Shown: positions 55,879 to 64,000 of the stretch, one piece after another
Layout of the letters: each line of letters begins with the position of its first letter
Position numbering within the stretch: position 1 is the stretch's first letter
NCBI GenBank assembly: GCA_963765495.1
Contig: CAVXWP010000008.1
Span: 32,001-96,000, forward strand
Length of the DNA: 64,000 nucleotides
DNA from: Blastocatellia bacterium
Lineage (GTDB): Bacteria > Acidobacteriota > Blastocatellia > UBA7656
Direction of reading: 5' to 3'
Notes under the pieces: generated by a model
The model's database searches: none
The model's input: the letters and a program-made list of their open reading frames with translations, nothing else
Told to the model about the DNA's origin: nothing
Translations under genes and position numbers: made by a program

Positions 55879-57060
55879 CTATCGCTCTACGATCATGGCT
55901 ATCCCCTGGCCCCCGCCGATGCAGAGTGCCGCGAGCCCGCGTCTGACATTGCGACGGCGCATTTCATAAAGCAAAGTCACAAGCACGCGAGCGCCGCTTG
56001 CGCCTATGGGATGACCGAGCGCAATAGCGCCGCCGTTGACATTAACCCGCGAAGGATCGATGTCGAGCTTTGCGACAACGGCGAGACTCTGAGCGGCAAA
56101 GGCTTCATTCAACTCAAACAATTCGATATCGGAAAGCTTGAGGTCAGCCTTCTCAAGCGCCCTTTCAATAGCGGGCACAGGCCCCAATCCCATATGGCGA
56201 GGGTCTATGCCTGCCGTGGCGTAAGAGATAATCTCGGCCATCGGCGCGAGTTCCATCAGTCTTGCGCGGTCAGAGCTTGCGATCACAAGCGCCGCCGCCC
56301 CGTCATTGATGCCCGAGGCGTTGCCCGCCGTAACGGTTCCGGTTTCCTTTTGAAATGCCGGTCTGAGCTTTGCCAGTTTTTCAGCCGTCGTATCCGCCCG
56401 CACGTATTCGTCGATCTTGAAGGCCAGGGGCTCGCCTTTTTTCTGCTTCACCATTACGGGGACGATCTCTTCTTCGAAGCGGCCCGCCGCGATTGCTTCA
56501 CCGGCTTTGCGCTGGCTTTCGGCTGAAAACTGGTCCTGAGCCTCGCGTGACACGTCGCACAACTGAGCTACGTTTTCAGCCGTGATGCCCATGTGGCAAC
56601 CGGCCATCGCGCAGGTAAGCCCTTCGCTGAGCATCGAATCGATCACTCCGGCGTTGCCCATCCGATAACCCCAGCGAGCCTCGGTCAAGAGGTAAGGGGC
56701 GCGGCTCATGGATTCCGTACCGCCCGCCACTATCAAATCGGCATCGCCCGCCAAGATGGCCTGCGCCGCGAGGGCGACTGATTTCAACCCCGAGCCGCAG
56801 ACCTTGTTGACCGTAAAAGCCGGGACGCTTTCGGGTATCCCAGCTGCGATGGCAGACTGCCGGGCGGCATTCATCCCCACGCCCGCCTGCAAAACATTAC
56901 CGAGGATGACCTCTTCGATATCCTCGCGGTCAACACCCGAGCGATCTATTGCTGCATCAATCGCCACTCGCCCAAGCTCGACAGCCGAAACATCCTTGAG
57001 CGCGCCGCCAAACGCTCCTATCGCCGTCCTCGCGCCGCTTAAAATTACCGCCTTCGACAT
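55879..57060 (-). CDS. atoB: Acetyl-CoA C-acetyltransferase (thiolase)
   Basis: [28 protein letters not shown]; GGAGG RBS. Confidence 0.93.
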   Translation of the reverse strand: MSKAVILSGARTAIGAFGGALKDVSAVELGRVAIDAAIDRSGVDREDIEEVILGNVLQAGVGMNAARQSAIAAGIPESVPAFTVNKVCGSGLKSVALAAQAILAGDADLIVAGGTESMSRAPYLLTEARWGYRMGNAGVIDSMLSEGLTCAMAGCHMGITAENVAQLCDVSREAQDQFSAESQRKAGEAIAAGRFEEEIVPVMVKQKKGEPLAFKIDEYVRADTTAEKLAKLRPAFQKETGTVTAGNASGINDGAAALVIASSDRARLMELAPMAEIISYATAGIDPRHMGLGPVPAIERALEKADLKLSDIELFELNEAFAAQSLAVVAKLDIDPSRVNVNGGAIALGHPIGASGARVLVTLLYEMRRRNVRRGLAALCIGGGQGIAMIVER

Positions 57061-57074
57061 GGTTCCCTCCAATT

Positions 57075-57864
<790 letters not shown>

Positions 57865-57893
57865 GACGTGAAGATTGATTTTGAAGATTGAAC

Positions 57894-58640
57894 TTATCCG
57901 GCCAGTGCGTGAATCGCTGCCGGTTTGAGCGCCCGCAACCGCTCCACATCGGTGAGGCCGGAAGGGTGAGCCTGATAGAGAGTAAACGTCTCGACCTGGA
58001 TGCAGGAGAGAGGGCTTTCGCTGTCCCCGCTCGTATCCATTCCCACGCAACTGCCGTTTATATAAATACCGAAGCGGCGCGTGCGCCCATCCTTTGGCAA
58101 ATAATGCGTAGGCGTATGGCCAAAGAAGCACATTTTGCCGTGATAATTCTTAAAAAAGTCGAGGTCGCGCATCCAGAGCAGAACATCGGGATCGGTCTCC
58201 GAAGGATGTTCTTCCGGGATCAATCCGGCGTGAACATAAATCGCCTGATCGTCTTCGTGATAAAAAGGCAGGCTCCGAATAAATTCCACGTGCTCTTCGG
58301 GGATATGAATTTCGGAAACGTCTTCGAGTTGTGTAAGGTCAATTCCATAAGCTTCTATCGTGGCGAGCCCGCCGTTTTCCGGGATCAACCATTGCAGTTC
58401 TTGATAATCGAGACAATCGAGCAGCATCTGTTCGTGGTTGCCTCGCAATACGACTACGTTTGGATTATTTTCGGAAAGCTCCATTACGCGCTCAAGCACG
58501 CCCGGCGCATCTTCGCCGCGATCAATCAAATCTCCGAGAAAAACGATCTTGTCGTGCTTTATGTCCCACGGGACATCGCGGATAAGCTGATCGAGCAGAT
58601 TCGGTCGCCCGTGTATATCGCCTATGACGTAAGTGGCCAT
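57894..58640 (-). CDS. Metallophosphoesterase (PPP/PrpA-like Ser/Thr phosphatase)
   Basis: GDIHG, GDLIDRG, RGNHE, VHAG, GHTP, DT.G. Confidence 0.93.
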   Translation of the reverse strand: MATYVIGDIHGRPNLLDQLIRDVPWDIKHDKIVFLGDLIDRGEDAPGVLERVMELSENNPNVVVLRGNHEQMLLDCLDYQELQWLIPENGGLATIEAYGIDLTQLEDVSEIHIPEEHVEFIRSLPFYHEDDQAIYVHAGLIPEEHPSETDPDVLLWMRDLDFFKNYHGKMCFFGHTPTHYLPKDGRTRRFGIYINGSCVGMDTSGDSESPLSCIQVETFTLYQAHPSGLTDVERLRALKPAAIHALAG

Positions 58641-58681
58641 TGTAACCTCAGCCCACATGAAACCCTTTTATGAGCCGCAAA

Positions 58682-59563
58682 TCAAGTCTCTTCTCGCCCG
58701 GGCCCGCGAAAGTCGCTCATAAAAAGGTTCGCCTCAAGGAAAACCTCGCGCAGGGAATTGAAATTTCCGGCTTCCAGATCGAGGTGCGCGGTCTCGATTT
58801 GTCTGATGAGCTCGGCAAGCGCAATTGCTACCATATCGGCGTTGGCGCGAAAAATATCTTCCCAGACTGACCAGCGGCTTTCGGCAAGCCTGAGCATTTC
58901 CGCAATACCCGACCCTGCCAGATCGAGCGCATCCTTATTGCCTTTTCTCGCAAGCGTGACCGCAAGCAGCGACGAAAGCAATTGCGGCGCGTGAGAAACA
59001 ATCGCCACGGCGCGGTCGTGTTGCTCGGGTGTGAGCAACACGGGGCGGCTCCCAATCGCCTTCACAAGCTCGATCACAGGCCGGGCCGCGTCCGTATATT
59101 CTCCATCCGGCTCATCAATCATGATCGCGTAAGGAGCGCCTTGAAACAGTTTCCCGTTTGCAAACTCAACCCCGGTTTTGTGGCTGCCAGCCATAGGGTG
59201 TCCGCCTACGAAATGGACATTTTGAGAGAGCGATTCGCGTGCTGTGCGACAGATTTCGCGTTTGGCGCTTCCGGCGTCGGTCACTATAGCGCCCGGCTTG
59301 ATTGAATTTCCCTGTGTCCGCAAAAACTCGATTATTCCCCCGACAGGCGCGGCCAGATAGATCAGATCGGCATCGCTCGCCTGACCTGAATCAAAGGCAT
59401 TTTCAACGCCGTCAATCATACCGAGACTTTGCGCTGTTTCGAGCGAGGCGGAACTGCCGCCCCATCCCGTGATTCGAGAGGCCGCGCCCGCCTGTTTTGC
59501 GGCGAGAGCAAACGAACCGCCGATGAGCCCGACTCCAACTATGGTTATGTGATTGAAAAGCAT
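58682..59563 (-). CDS. tyrA: Prephenate/arogenate dehydrogenase
   Basis: GVGLIGGS, DAGSAK, GGHPMAG, HD...SH.P. Confidence 0.9.
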   Translation of the reverse strand: MLFNHITIVGVGLIGGSFALAAKQAGAASRITGWGGSSASLETAQSLGMIDGVENAFDSGQASDADLIYLAAPVGGIIEFLRTQGNSIKPGAIVTDAGSAKREICRTARESLSQNVHFVGGHPMAGSHKTGVEFANGKLFQGAPYAIMIDEPDGEYTDAARPVIELVKAIGSRPVLLTPEQHDRAVAIVSHAPQLLSSLLAVTLARKGNKDALDLAGSGIAEMLRLAESRWSVWEDIFRANADMVAIALAELIRQIETAHLDLEAGNFNSLREVFLEANLFMSDFRGPGREET

Positions 59564-59621
59564 CGTCAAACCAGTTTAGCCGACCCGATGCATTTTGACA
59601 TGAGCTTTGAAGACAGAACCT

Positions 59622-59670
59622 GATCCGCGTAAATCCGCTGCATCCGCGTCATCCGTGGCCTATTTCTACT
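59622..59670. repeat. Family A single arm
   Basis: GATCCGCGTAAATCCGCTGCATCCGCGTCATCCGTGGCCTATTTC. Confidence 0.8.
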
Positions 59671-59692
59671 TGCTATTCGAGCAAATCCAATA

Positions 59693-60733
59693 TCACTGCG
59701 CGACTGGTTCAGCCACGCCGGTTGACATCCGTCGGTCAACGGCTTCGGCGATCAATCGCAATCGGCGCGTCAACTGCTCAAACTGCTCGGGCACAAGCGA
59801 CTCGGCTCCATCCGAAAGAGCATTTTCAGGATCGTTGTGAACCCCTATGATCAATGCGTCCACGCCTGCGGCGACTGCCGCCTGCGCGACCGGCATTACT
59901 TTGTCGCGGCGACCCGTGGCGTGTGTAGGGTCCGCTACTACGGGCAGATGCGAAAGCTTTTTCAGCACCGGGATCGCCGACACATCAAATGTTTTTCTGA
60001 GATAAGGTTCGAATGTGCGTATGCCTCGCTCGCAAATCATCACATCGAAATTTCCGGCGGACATAATATACTCGGCTGCCATCAGAGTCTCTTCGATAGT
60101 AGAGGCAGGCCCGCGATTCAGCATCACGGGCTTTCGGGCGCGGCCCGCTTCGCCGAGCATCTGAAAGCTCTGCATGTTGCCGGGACCGATTTGCAGTATG
60201 TCAACATAGCGGGCAAATAACGGTATCTGTGACGGCTCGGTCACTTCCGATGCTACAAGCAAACCGAATCGGTCCGCCGCCTCGCGCAGGTGTTTCAAAC
60301 CCTGCTCGCCCAACCCTCCAAATGAATAGAGCGAAGTGCCGGGGCGAAATACGCCGCCGCGCAGGACCTTCGCTCCATTGCGCGAAACGATCTCGGCAAT
60401 CGTCATCAACTGATCGCGGCTTTCGACCGCGCCCGGTCCGGCCATCATGACTACTTCCTGCCCGCCGATGACCACATCCTTGATCTTGATCTCTGTTCCT
60501 TCGGGCTTGAAAGCGCGGTTCGCAAGTTTGTATGGAGTGCTGATTCGGAGCACTTCTCTCACGCCTGAAAGCACCTCTATGTCTCGGGTGTCTACGATAC
60601 GGTTTCCGACCACACCAAGCACAAGATGGCTCACGCCCGATATTCTATAAATGTCGAACCCGTGACGCACGAGCCGATCTATGACGCTTGTTACCTGTTC
60701 TTCGGACGAGGATTCTTCCATTACAATGATCAT
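59693..60733 (-). CDS. aroF: Type I-beta DAHP synthase homologue with ACT-like domain; active site degenerate
   Basis: PYKLA, LRGG, CERGIRTFE, SHLP..DP.H, ALSDG conserved; catalytic motifs altered (see findings). Confidence 0.85.
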   Translation of the reverse strand: MIIVMEESSSEEQVTSVIDRLVRHGFDIYRISGVSHLVLGVVGNRIVDTRDIEVLSGVREVLRISTPYKLANRAFKPEGTEIKIKDVVIGGQEVVMMAGPGAVESRDQLMTIAEIVSRNGAKVLRGGVFRPGTSLYSFGGLGEQGLKHLREAADRFGLLVASEVTEPSQIPLFARYVDILQIGPGNMQSFQMLGEAGRARKPVMLNRGPASTIEETLMAAEYIMSAGNFDVMICERGIRTFEPYLRKTFDVSAIPVLKKLSHLPVVADPTHATGRRDKVMPVAQAAVAAGVDALIIGVHNDPENALSDGAESLVPEQFEQLTRRLRLIAEAVDRRMSTGVAEPVAQ

Positions 60734-60737
60734 TTAT

Positions 60738-61082
60738 TCACCGCTTGCCTTTCTTACGCTTACGCTTCGAGGCGAGCGCCTTCTCTTTTTGAGCGTGGGC
60801 CTGTTCTTCCAACTCTCTTTCCATCGTGACCCGCTCTATGTGGCGCGATTCGTCTATGATCCGCTCGAAGAGTCTGCGAACGGCATCGGGGCCGAGGGGG
60901 CCGCTATTATGAGCGATGACGTGATTGATGACTTCGGTTTCGCGCGCGGGCAGATACACGGGCAGGTCGCGCTCGCGTTTTATGCGCCCGATTTCGATGG
61001 CGCATTTCGAGCGCCTGTTGAGCAGATCAATCAGATGCTCGTCTATGCGGTCTATCTCGTCTCGCCAGTCTTCGATATCCAA
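60738..61082 (-). CDS. Chorismate mutase (AroQ)
   Basis: WRDEIDRID..L..LLNRR...EIGRIK...P.RE, IIDESR; GGAG RBS before TTG 61082. Confidence 0.9.
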   Translation of the reverse strand: MDIEDWRDEIDRIDEHLIDLLNRRSKCAIEIGRIKRERDLPVYLPARETEVINHVIAHNSGPLGPDAVRRLFERIIDESRHIERVTMERELEEQAHAQKEKALASKRKRKKGKR

Positions 61083-61099
61083 AGCTGTCTCCGTCAGCA

Positions 61100-61232
61100 G
61101 TGATGCGTGATGCGTAATTCGTGACTCAAGAGCCGCATTCTTTTTGACAGGATTACAGGATTTCTGAAATGGAATTGAAAAAAGCTCAAAATCCTCTTTG
61201 ACTCTTTCACGAATCACGGTTCACGATTCACG
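61100..61232. mobile_element. Family B element containing a family I arm
   Basis: GTGATGCGTGATGCGTAATTCGTGA / TCACGAATCACGGTTCACGATTCACG; internal TTGACAGGATTACAGGATT; the arm supplies the stop at 61228. Confidence 0.7.
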
Positions 61233-61827
61233 TTTGCCTGCGGGCCTCTTCCCAATCCGATTCAAGCTCGCCAAAATCTGTAAAGCTTTTCAGAAATTCC
61301 CGCATATCGGCGGCCCACGCTGTAAGCTCGCGCCAGTGCTCCGGCCCCTCCTGCCACCATTCGAGTCTTATGCCGTGCAGAGGCCCGTATCCTTCCAGAC
61401 CGAATCGCTCGCTGTCAAATCCCAAAGGTTCTTTTACGCCCGCTATCCTGATGTCTAAATCTATGATCTTTTCGAGCAGGTTTTTTAGCTCTTTGACCGG
61501 AAGATATGCGTCTCTGACTTTCAGCGCAGGCTCGTAAAATGTTATCTCTTTTGGGCCGGACGACGAACCGCGCAGCCGTTGCCAGTCAGAGGGTCGGTCC
61601 CAGGTGACTTCTCGAACGCTGGGGCGGGATTCGTCCCGGTCGGGCAGCATCAATACGGATACGGTCCACGATTTATAAGCCGCGTTTGCCGGGTAATGCC
61701 ATAAACGCACCTGGGTCCACAGATGTCTGATGGTTTCGCGCGGCTCTACCTCTTCGCTGTGCTCAAGCGCCCAGAGGGCGCGTTTCTCCAGTTCAGCGAA
61801 CTCGCTTTCTCTCCTGTCTGTGGTCAT
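61228..61827 (-). CDS. Hypothetical protein inside the trp/aro operon
   Basis: 199-aa ORF; ATG directly abuts the trpA TAG; GGAGG RBS inside trpA. Confidence 0.75.
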   Translation of the reverse strand: MTTDRRESEFAELEKRALWALEHSEEVEPRETIRHLWTQVRLWHYPANAAYKSWTVSVLMLPDRDESRPSVREVTWDRPSDWQRLRGSSSGPKEITFYEPALKVRDAYLPVKELKNLLEKIIDLDIRIAGVKEPLGFDSERFGLEGYGPLHGIRLEWWQEGPEHWRELTAWAADMREFLKSFTDFGELESDWEEARRQT

Positions 61828-62616
61828 CTATCCTCCTTTAAGCTCGCGAACGAGTGCGCCTACCCGCTCGATCAGGTGCGGGTCTGTGGCCCGCTCTTCT
61901 ATTTCAGAAACAATGCGGCTACCGACGACCGCCGCATCCGCGTGCTGCCAAACCGCTTTTACATGCTCGTGCGTTGAGACCCCAAATCCGACGGCCACCG
62001 GCAAATCGCTGAACCTGCGCACGCGCTCGACAAGGCTCGCGCTCGCTTCGGAAAGATTCTGCCTCACACCCGTGATCCCTGTGCGCGACACGGCATAGAT
62101 GAATCCGGTGCTTGCTTTAGCGACCAGCCTGATTCTTTCATCCGTGCTCGTAGGCGCGACCAGGAAAATAGTGTTGATCCCGGCCTCCTTCATGATCGCC
62201 GTGAACTCATCTGCCTCTTCCGGCACGAGGTCTGTCCCGAGAACGCCGTCAATACCTGCGCTTTTCAGTTGCTCGCCAAGCGATTCCAGCCCGAGCGCAA
62301 GCATCGGGTTGAGATAGCTGAACAGCATTATAGGCACGTCGCTCGATTTGCGGATTTCACTGACGAGATCGAGACAATCGCGCGCGCTGACTCTGTTTGC
62401 AAGAGCGCGCTCGGATGCACGCTGTATAACGGGGCCGTCGGCCACCGGATCAGAGAACGGCACGCCAAGCTCGATGATGTCTGCGCCGCTTCGTTCGAGT
62501 TCGAGAATGAGTCGCCCGCTCGTTTCAAGATCGGGGTCGCCCGCAGTGATGTACGGGATAAATGCCTTGCGCCCTTCGCGCCTCAGATCATTGAGCTTCG
62601 ATTCTATCCGGGTCAT
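61828..62616 (-). CDS. trpA: Tryptophan synthase alpha chain
   Basis: AGDP, IELGVPFSDPVADGPVIQ, GITG, VGFG, VVGS. Confidence 0.97.
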   Translation of the reverse strand: MTRIESKLNDLRREGRKAFIPYITAGDPDLETSGRLILELERSGADIIELGVPFSDPVADGPVIQRASERALANRVSARDCLDLVSEIRKSSDVPIMLFSYLNPMLALGLESLGEQLKSAGIDGVLGTDLVPEEADEFTAIMKEAGINTIFLVAPTSTDERIRLVAKASTGFIYAVSRTGITGVRQNLSEASASLVERVRRFSDLPVAVGFGVSTHEHVKAVWQHADAAVVGSRIVSEIEERATDPHLIERVGALVRELKGG

Positions 62617-62629
62617 AGGCTATGGGATT

Positions 62630-63856
62630 TCAGGTTTGAGATTTGAGATTTGAAATCAATTCGGCGGCCGTGTTGACATCCTTGTCGCCCCGGCCCGAAA
62701 GATTCACGATAACCACCTGATCGGGTTTCATCCGGGGCGCAATCTTCACAACCTCCGCTATCGCGTGCGCGCTTTCAAGCGCGGGGATGATGCCTTCCAG
62801 TCGCGAGAGCATCTGAAAGGCTTCCATCGCTTCCTCATCCGTCGCAGAAGAGTAACTGATGCGGCCCGCGTCTTTCAAATAGGCGTGCTCCGGTCCTATG
62901 GCCGAGTAATCAAGCCCGGCTGAGATCGAATGCGTAGTCGAAATCTGCCCGTTCATATCCTGCAAAATGTAGCTGCGGGTTCCTTGAAGGACTCCCGGGC
63001 TTCCCCCACCGAAGCGAGCCGCGTGCTCGCCCAATGCCGTTCCTCTGCCGCCCGCCTCAACCCCTGTCATGCTGACATCCGAATCATTGAGGAAATCAAA
63101 AAAGAGCCCTATGGAATTGCTGCCGCCGCCAACACAGGCGATCAACAGATCAGGCATTCGGCCTTCGAGTTCCATTATCTGCGCGCGGGCTTCCTTGCCG
63201 ATTATCGCCTGAAAATCGCGCACCATCGCCGGATAAGGATGCGGACCCATCACCGAACCGAGCAGATAGTATGTGTCTTCGACGTTTGTGACCCAATCTC
63301 TGAGCGCTTCATTGATGGCATCCTTCAGAGTGCGGCTACCCGCGTTTACTCCCGCCACTTCCGCTCCGAGCAACCGCATACGAAACACATTCAATTCCTG
63401 TCGCCGCATGTCCTCGGTGCCCATATAGACTCTGCACTTGAGATTCATCAGCGCGCAAACGGTAGCCGTAGCCACTCCGTGCTGCCCCGCTCCGGTCTCG
63501 GCGATGATGCGCGATTTCGACATGCGCCGGGCAAGCAAAGCCTGTCCCACGGCGTTGTTGATTTTGTGCGCGCCCGTGTGGCAGAGGTCTTCTCGCTTCA
63601 GATAAATCCGAGCGCCCCCCAGATGCCGGGTCAATCGGGATGCAAACATTAACGGCGTTGGCCGTCCCACATAATGCAGAAGCAACTCATCAAGCTCGCG
63701 TTTGAATGCGGGATCGCTTCGCGCCTGCTCGTACCCGGCAGTCAACTCTTCAAGAGGATGCATCAACGTCTCAGGCACAAACCTTCCGCCGTATGGCCCG
63801 AAATGACCTCTTGAATCCGGCATATTGTAATCTTGTTTTCCCTCAACCTTGCTCAT
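62630..63856 (-). CDS. trpB: Tryptophan synthase beta chain
   Basis: [37 protein letters not shown]; GGAG RBS before ATG 63856. Confidence 0.97.
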   Translation of the reverse strand: MSKVEGKQDYNMPDSRGHFGPYGGRFVPETLMHPLEELTAGYEQARSDPAFKRELDELLLHYVGRPTPLMFASRLTRHLGGARIYLKREDLCHTGAHKINNAVGQALLARRMSKSRIIAETGAGQHGVATATVCALMNLKCRVYMGTEDMRRQELNVFRMRLLGAEVAGVNAGSRTLKDAINEALRDWVTNVEDTYYLLGSVMGPHPYPAMVRDFQAIIGKEARAQIMELEGRMPDLLIACVGGGSNSIGLFFDFLNDSDVSMTGVEAGGRGTALGEHAARFGGGSPGVLQGTRSYILQDMNGQISTTHSISAGLDYSAIGPEHAYLKDAGRISYSSATDEEAMEAFQMLSRLEGIIPALESAHAIAEVVKIAPRMKPDQVVIVNLSGRGDKDVNTAAELISNLKSQT

Positions 63857-63873
63857 CAAATCGTCTCCTCGGA

Positions 63874-64000
63874 GCAGTATGCAGTAGGCAGTTGATTCTG
63901 AACTGACGAATTTTGCTAAAGAGGGTAAGGCGTATGCATAAGAATAGGTGGTACCCATCTCCGGTACTGCCTACTGCATACTGCTTACTGCCTACTGCTC
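63874..64000. mobile_element. Family D element (may extend past the window end)
   Basis: (GCAGTAK)x3 / (TACTGCH)x5; core 63929-63963 matches 57136-57170 at 33/35. Confidence 0.8.

Noticed and set aside
57865-58131. N-terminal 89 aa of the 310-aa ORF
   Set aside because: Overlaps the phosphatase in another frame; the lipobox supports a later start.
63857-63958. Tyr-rich [10 protein letters not shown] reading upstream of trpB as an attenuator leader
   Set aside because: It is the family D core, nearly identical upstream of the unrelated thiolase; it has no Trp codons and no separate stop.

Overview
Gene-dense chromosomal segment with about 56 CDS. Gene content and repeat style suggest Acidobacteriota, probably Blastocatellia (inference only). 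Housekeeping blocks are hpnCDE, carD, uvrA, S2P-trpS-scpA-scpB-rluB, panBC, pcrA and a trpB-trpA-chorismate mutase-aroF-tyrA operon. I found no tRNA, rRNA, CRISPR array, transposase or prophage. Main signals: (1) an intact type I-beta DAHP synthase homologue whose metal, PEP and E4P residues are largely replaced (candidate pseudo-enzyme), next to chorismate mutase; (2) at least nine families of short intergenic inverted-repeat elements with arms built of 7-nt or ~9-nt tandem units. They abut or supply stop codons, three families have conserved cores and two occur in both orientations; (3) a sigma54 module of sensor kinase, enhancer-binding protein, amidase, a Lys/His-rich secreted peptide and DegQ. 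Two -24/-12 promoters share a TGTGGC-N24-GCCACA upstream dyad; (4) an ATP-grasp / circularly permuted ATP-grasp / YbdK amidoligase trio of unknown product; (5) small orphans: a leaderless ubiquitin-like protein without terminal Gly, an Sm/Hfq-like protein and an esterase missing its catalytic His. All family calls come from motif recognition by eye; no searches were run.
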